From contig CAXXUA010000013.1 of assembly GCA_963663765.2 (NCBI GenBank), positions 384,001-448,000 of the forward strand: a DNA stretch of 64,000 nt, written 5' to 3'. This DNA is from Candidatus Poribacteria bacterium. GTDB taxonomy: Bacteria > Poribacteria > WGA-4E > WGA-3G. Under the pieces are notes generated by a model. The model was not told where the DNA came from. It worked only from the letters and a program-made list of their open reading frames with translations, and made no database searches. A program made the translations under genes and the position numbers. Numbering within the stretch: the stretch's first letter is position 1; every line of letters begins with the position of its first letter. Positions 60,419 to 64,000 of the stretch are shown one piece after another.

Positions 60419-62923
60419 TTACCATGCACGTATTTTGGACAATTCGGTCTGTTTTTGACACAGATTTGCATAAGTGCCATCTTGCTCAATAAGTTCTTCA
60501 TGTGTACCGATTTCGTCTACTTCACCCTCTTTCAACACGACGAGTCTATTCGCATACTTTAGCGTGGATAATCTGTGTGCGATTGCAAAGACAGTACGAC
60601 CACGTACAAGTCGTTCCAATGCTTCTTGGATTTTAGATTCTGTCTCCGTATCTATAGATGAAGTGGCTTCGTCAAGGATGAGGATTCGCGGGTTTTTGAG
60701 GATTGCACGTGCAATTGAGATACGTTGTCTTTCTCCACCAGAGACACGCGCTCCGCGTTCACCAACCATTGTGTCATATCCATCAGGGAACTTTATGATA
60801 AAGTCGTGTGCATTCGCTGCTTTTGCAGCAGCAATGATCTCGTGTTGTGATGCCCCAGGTTTTGAATACCCAATGTTTTCAGCGATTGTGCCTTCAAACA
60901 AGAACGGGTCTTGAAGTACAACGCCAATCTGCTGTCGTAGTGCTTTAACTTTTATATCTTTGCTATCATGACCGTCTATAACGATTTCACCACGATTTGG
61001 GTCATAAAAACGTGTGATTAAATTAACCAACGTACTTTTTCCCGCGCCACTATGTCCGACCAAACCTATCATTTCACCGGGTTGGACCTCAAAACTAACA
61101 CCGTTAAGTGCAAACTTTTCATTGTCATAAGTGAAAAATACATCTCTAAATTCGATCTCACCCTTTATATTTGATAATGTTACAGCGTCCTGTTTATCAG
61201 CAATACTTGGTGTAGTATCCAAAATCTCAAAAACACGTTCTGCGGAGGTACCTGCTCGAATAAACCTTTCATTCATCTGACAAAGGGTGCGGACAGGTCC
61301 AAAGAACCGCATCATATATGATTGAAACATGAAGAGAGTTCCAAGTGTTAAATCTCCTTGAAATATCTGCCAACCGCCCACAAACCATATAATGATTGAC
61401 CCAGAATATGTAATGAATTCCATCATCGGACGATAGAGCGAACCAAGTTTTGCTGCGTTCATTTCACCAGAAAAAACCTGATGGGTTAGTTCACTAAAAC
61501 GACTAATTTCATAACGTTCTCGCGCAAATGCCTTTACAACACGCACGCCTGGAATTGTGCTGGATAGTATAGTACTAATATTTGCATACCGTTTCCATAA
61601 TACAGAATACACTTTACTCATCAATTTTCCAAAATATATTGTGAAAATGATAATACACGGAATAGGGATGAGTGTCCACATTGCCAACTTCCAGTGGAAT
61701 GAAAACATAATAATGCACATATAGATGAGCGTGAGAGAATCACCGACAATATCCTGTAACCCGTTTGCAATGAAGTCTCTGAGTCTGGAAACATCACTCG
61801 TAATTCTGGACATTAGATTACCAGTATCCCGTTCATGGAAAAAATCTATGGATAGAGCATTCAGATGTTCATAAGTTTCATTTTGCATCCGTCTTGTGAT
61901 ATTCTGTCCTACCCATGCCATCATATAACCACGGATGGAGGAGGCTCCCATAGAAAAGACCCTAATACTTGCCATGATTATAACGATTCCAACAAGATGT
62001 CCAAAACTACCGCCGAGGGGCATGGTACCAAACCATTCGCCTAATGTATTTATGAATCCCTGTAGATGTCCCCATGTAGTTACGGGTAATTGTTCGCCAG
62101 CAGCAAGTGCTGATCCAACCGGTGTAAGTATTTTGTCAATCAAATCCCTACTAAGTATGGCAGGATAGAGTGATACCAACCTTATCAACATCATTATGAG
62201 GAATGCTGGTATGATGATGTATAAAAATGGAAATGCGTATTTGAAGAGTCGGAATATGAGTTTGCTGTTTTGCTGGCAGTTTATACACACACCAGTCCAA
62301 CTTGGTACTGGATTTCCACACTTTTCGCAACGGACTCTGTCTCCCCCTTTTTGCAATCCTTGCATGCCGTCAGGTCTGGGACCTCGCCTGCCGCGTCGAC
62401 CGCGTCCAGGACCGGGACCTTTTCCTTGTGCTCTAATACCAGGACCTTCAGGTTTTCCCGGTGAAGTTAACCTTTCCAATTCAGTGACTGTAAGGTTAAA
62501 TTTCGGAGTAAGTTTTTTTGAGTACCGTGCTAATTCAATAGCATTTTCTTGTGTGATTACCTTGAGTATGTTGTTTCCGTACATCTCAAGGACTTCAATG
62601 TCTTCAACGGAAGTGATTGTCACTTCGCGCATGTCATGTCCGAGTACACCGTTCTGATTAAAAGCAATAAGTCTTTTATCTGTAACTAATAGCCAATCTT
62701 TTCCATAAGTGCCGTCAAATTGAAGGTCAGTTGAGACAGCAATTTTGATCTCCTCTCCATTATCAAGTATTTCTTGTGCCCTTTTCTCCAGGAGTTCAGG
62801 CACTTCTTCCTTCGTCGTTAACTCAAAATCTCCTTTTTTCATAAAGCGCGGTTTCCCACCGAATGAACTCATACCCATTCGGCGCGAACTGCCACCTCTT
62901 GAACCTGACATAGGACTGTGCAT
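60419..62923 (-). CDS. ABC exporter (fused TMD-NBD) with N-terminal extension and Zn-ribbon
   Basis: GHSGAGKST, VSGGERQR, LDEATS, AHRLST; N-terminal WLLVTDKRL segment and RCEKCG…CINC. Confidence 0.9.
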   Translation of the reverse strand: MHSPMSGSRGGSSRRMGMSSFGGKPRFMKKGDFELTTKEEVPELLEKRAQEILDNGEEIKIAVSTDLQFDGTYGKDWLLVTDKRLIAFNQNGVLGHDMREVTITSVEDIEVLEMYGNNILKVITQENAIELARYSKKLTPKFNLTVTELERLTSPGKPEGPGIRAQGKGPGPGRGRRGRRGPRPDGMQGLQKGGDRVRCEKCGNPVPSWTGVCINCQQNSKLIFRLFKYAFPFLYIIIPAFLIMMLIRLVSLYPAILSRDLIDKILTPVGSALAAGEQLPVTTWGHLQGFINTLGEWFGTMPLGGSFGHLVGIVIIMASIRVFSMGASSIRGYMMAWVGQNITRRMQNETYEHLNALSIDFFHERDTGNLMSRITSDVSRLRDFIANGLQDIVGDSLTLIYMCIIMFSFHWKLAMWTLIPIPCIIIFTIYFGKLMSKVYSVLWKRYANISTILSSTIPGVRVVKAFARERYEISRFSELTHQVFSGEMNAAKLGSLYRPMMEFITYSGSIIIWFVGGWQIFQGDLTLGTLFMFQSYMMRFFGPVRTLCQMNERFIRAGTSAERVFEILDTTPSIADKQDAVTLSNIKGEIEFRDVFFTYDNEKFALNGVSFEVQPGEMIGLVGHSGAGKSTLVNLITRFYDPNRGEIVIDGHDSKDIKVKALRQQIGVVLQDPFLFEGTIAENIGYSKPGASQHEIIAAAKAANAHDFIIKFPDGYDTMVGERGARVSGGERQRISIARAILKNPRILILDEATSSIDTETESKIQEALERLVRGRTVFAIAHRLSTLKYANRLVVLKEGEVDEIGTHEELIEQDGTYANLCQKQTELSKIRAW

Positions 62924-63231
62924 AAATTAAACCCCATAGAAATAATTTAAATGACTTTACTTATTAACGAATTTTATGGTGAAAAGTTGAATTAAATTCA
63001 TTTCATTCATGATTTATGAATATAGTAAAACATAAAATCAATTGGGAACTTTTGTATCGTAAACTTCCAGTTTGCGTCCTCACAAGCACAATCTAAAAGA
63101 GAATTATTATAATTTTACCTAACCCTGTATGTGCAGTTTCCTAACCGCATTGCATTGTCTGATTCTCGGTATAAACGGGTTCCGCTGACTATGGGTACTG
63201 GATAAAGTTGAATTTGTCTTGTCTTTTCATC

Positions 63232-63512
63232 AAAACGCTACAACTTAAACCTAATTTGCTGAAGCATACAGCAACCGAGGAGTCACTAAAGCTGCCTTGG
63301 GACAGCACCTTCTGCTATTATTGACTTTTATGACAATTCGGTTCAAGACTGATTTCGCTGATGTCTATAGCAATCGTGGGATAACGAAAGTCTTGTTAGG
63401 TCTTTGCTCGGAGGGTAAGTAAAATCTCAAAAGAGCATTGAAACTTGCAATACAATCAGGTAATCAATTACTCAAAACAGCTATTGAGAATAGTCTTAGT
63501 GAACTTAATTGA
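63232..63512 (+). pseudogene. TPR-repeat protein remnant
   Basis: AEAYSNRGVTKAALGQ and ADVYSNRGITKVLLG repeats and a LKRALKLA…LLKTAIENSLSELN* tail, with frameshifts and an internal stop. Confidence 0.75.
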
Positions 63513-63559
63513 ATTGTAAAAATTTCTCTATACACACATACTTGAGATGATATAAGAAT

Positions 63560-63658
63560 TTATGGTTTGTTTGCAACTTTGATGCGATTTTGGGCGCGGG
63601 TCAGTGCAGCTTCAACTTGTGGACGGTTCAGGTCAGGAGTGTCTGCGGAGAGTTGTTG
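63560..63658 (-). pseudogene. Orphan fragment resembling the C-terminus of ATP synthase epsilon (atpC)
   Basis: Reads QQLSADTPDLNRPQVEAALTRAQNRIKVANKP*; no start codon. Confidence 0.5.
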
Positions 63659-63660
63659 TT

Positions 63661-63999
63661 TTAGTGTGGATTTGGTTCTAAAGTCCAACCGCTTTTAGTT
63701 GCAAGTTGAGCAAGTGCGATTTGCAGCAATTTAAATGCATTTTTCTGCTTGTTCTTTGAATCAAAAAATTCAGGTTTTACAATAATTAGTGCATGTGCGG
63801 GATTATCACAAGTTGGATCGGGGATAACATCTACAACATGATCAGCTACCACTTTATTCTTATGTTTTGTTTTTACAACCCCTATTGCACGGACATCACC
63901 TGCCTTAATACTAACAATCCCATTTGTCTTATGCAATAGAGCTGAAGCAGGATCGTAATCTTTTAACTTCGCTCTATCTACAGATGGTTGTAAAGATGG
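63661..63999 (-). CDS. Hypothetical protein, 5'-truncated by window edge
   Basis: Frame is open to the window end (PSLQPSVDRAKL…GIVSIKAGDVR…DP…NPAHALI). Confidence 0.7.
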   Translation of the reverse strand, partial: PSLQPSVDRAKLKDYDPASALLHKTNGIVSIKAGDVRAIGVVKTKHKNKVVADHVVDVIPDPTCDNPAHALIIVKPEFFDSKNKQKNAFKLLQIALAQLATKSGWTLEPNPH

Positions 64000-64000
64000 A

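Noticed and set aside
1-64000. rRNA, tRNA, prophage or known anti-phage defence operons
   Set aside because: No cloverleaf or rRNA signatures and no integrase, capsid, RM or CBASS-type motifs recognised by eye

Overview
A 64-kb, AT-rich bacterial chromosomal segment. The gene content suggests Candidatus Poribacteria or a relative (inference): many WD40 propellers, PhyH dioxygenases, a sulfatase, and proteins ending in 'LLQNYPNPFNPETWIPY' or 'VxPxxK..xWG.LK'. Housekeeping and metabolic genes include mtnA (5'-truncated), leuS, rnj, leuC, leuD, leuB, a ychF-like ATPase, phoX, a Tat-exported PaoABC-like molybdoenzyme, hydantoinase B, a radical SAM enzyme and ABC transporters. I saw no rRNA, tRNA or CRISPR array. 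The most unusual protein is a cold-shock domain fused to two tandem Hfq/Sm-like domains (2589-3515), followed 1 nt later by a YkgJ-type Cys-cluster gene. The intergenic DNA is rich in mobile elements: a complete ISKra4 element, two 350-bp MITEs sharing its ends, MITEs with ISAs1-like, IS630-like and other ends that carry GTAG/REP-type palindromes, a 1.75-kb nest of such elements with a 32-bp variable tandem repeat, a ~35-bp hairpin that interrupts REP stems, and a ~175-bp IS200/IS605 mini-element whose internal promoter points at its right end (possible stand-alone omegaRNA-like locus). Also present: a toxin-antitoxin pair inside leuCD with a poly-A frameshift in the toxin, several pseudogene remnants, and an orphan fragment resembling the 3' end of atpC. 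All family calls come from motif recognition by eye; no database search was run.
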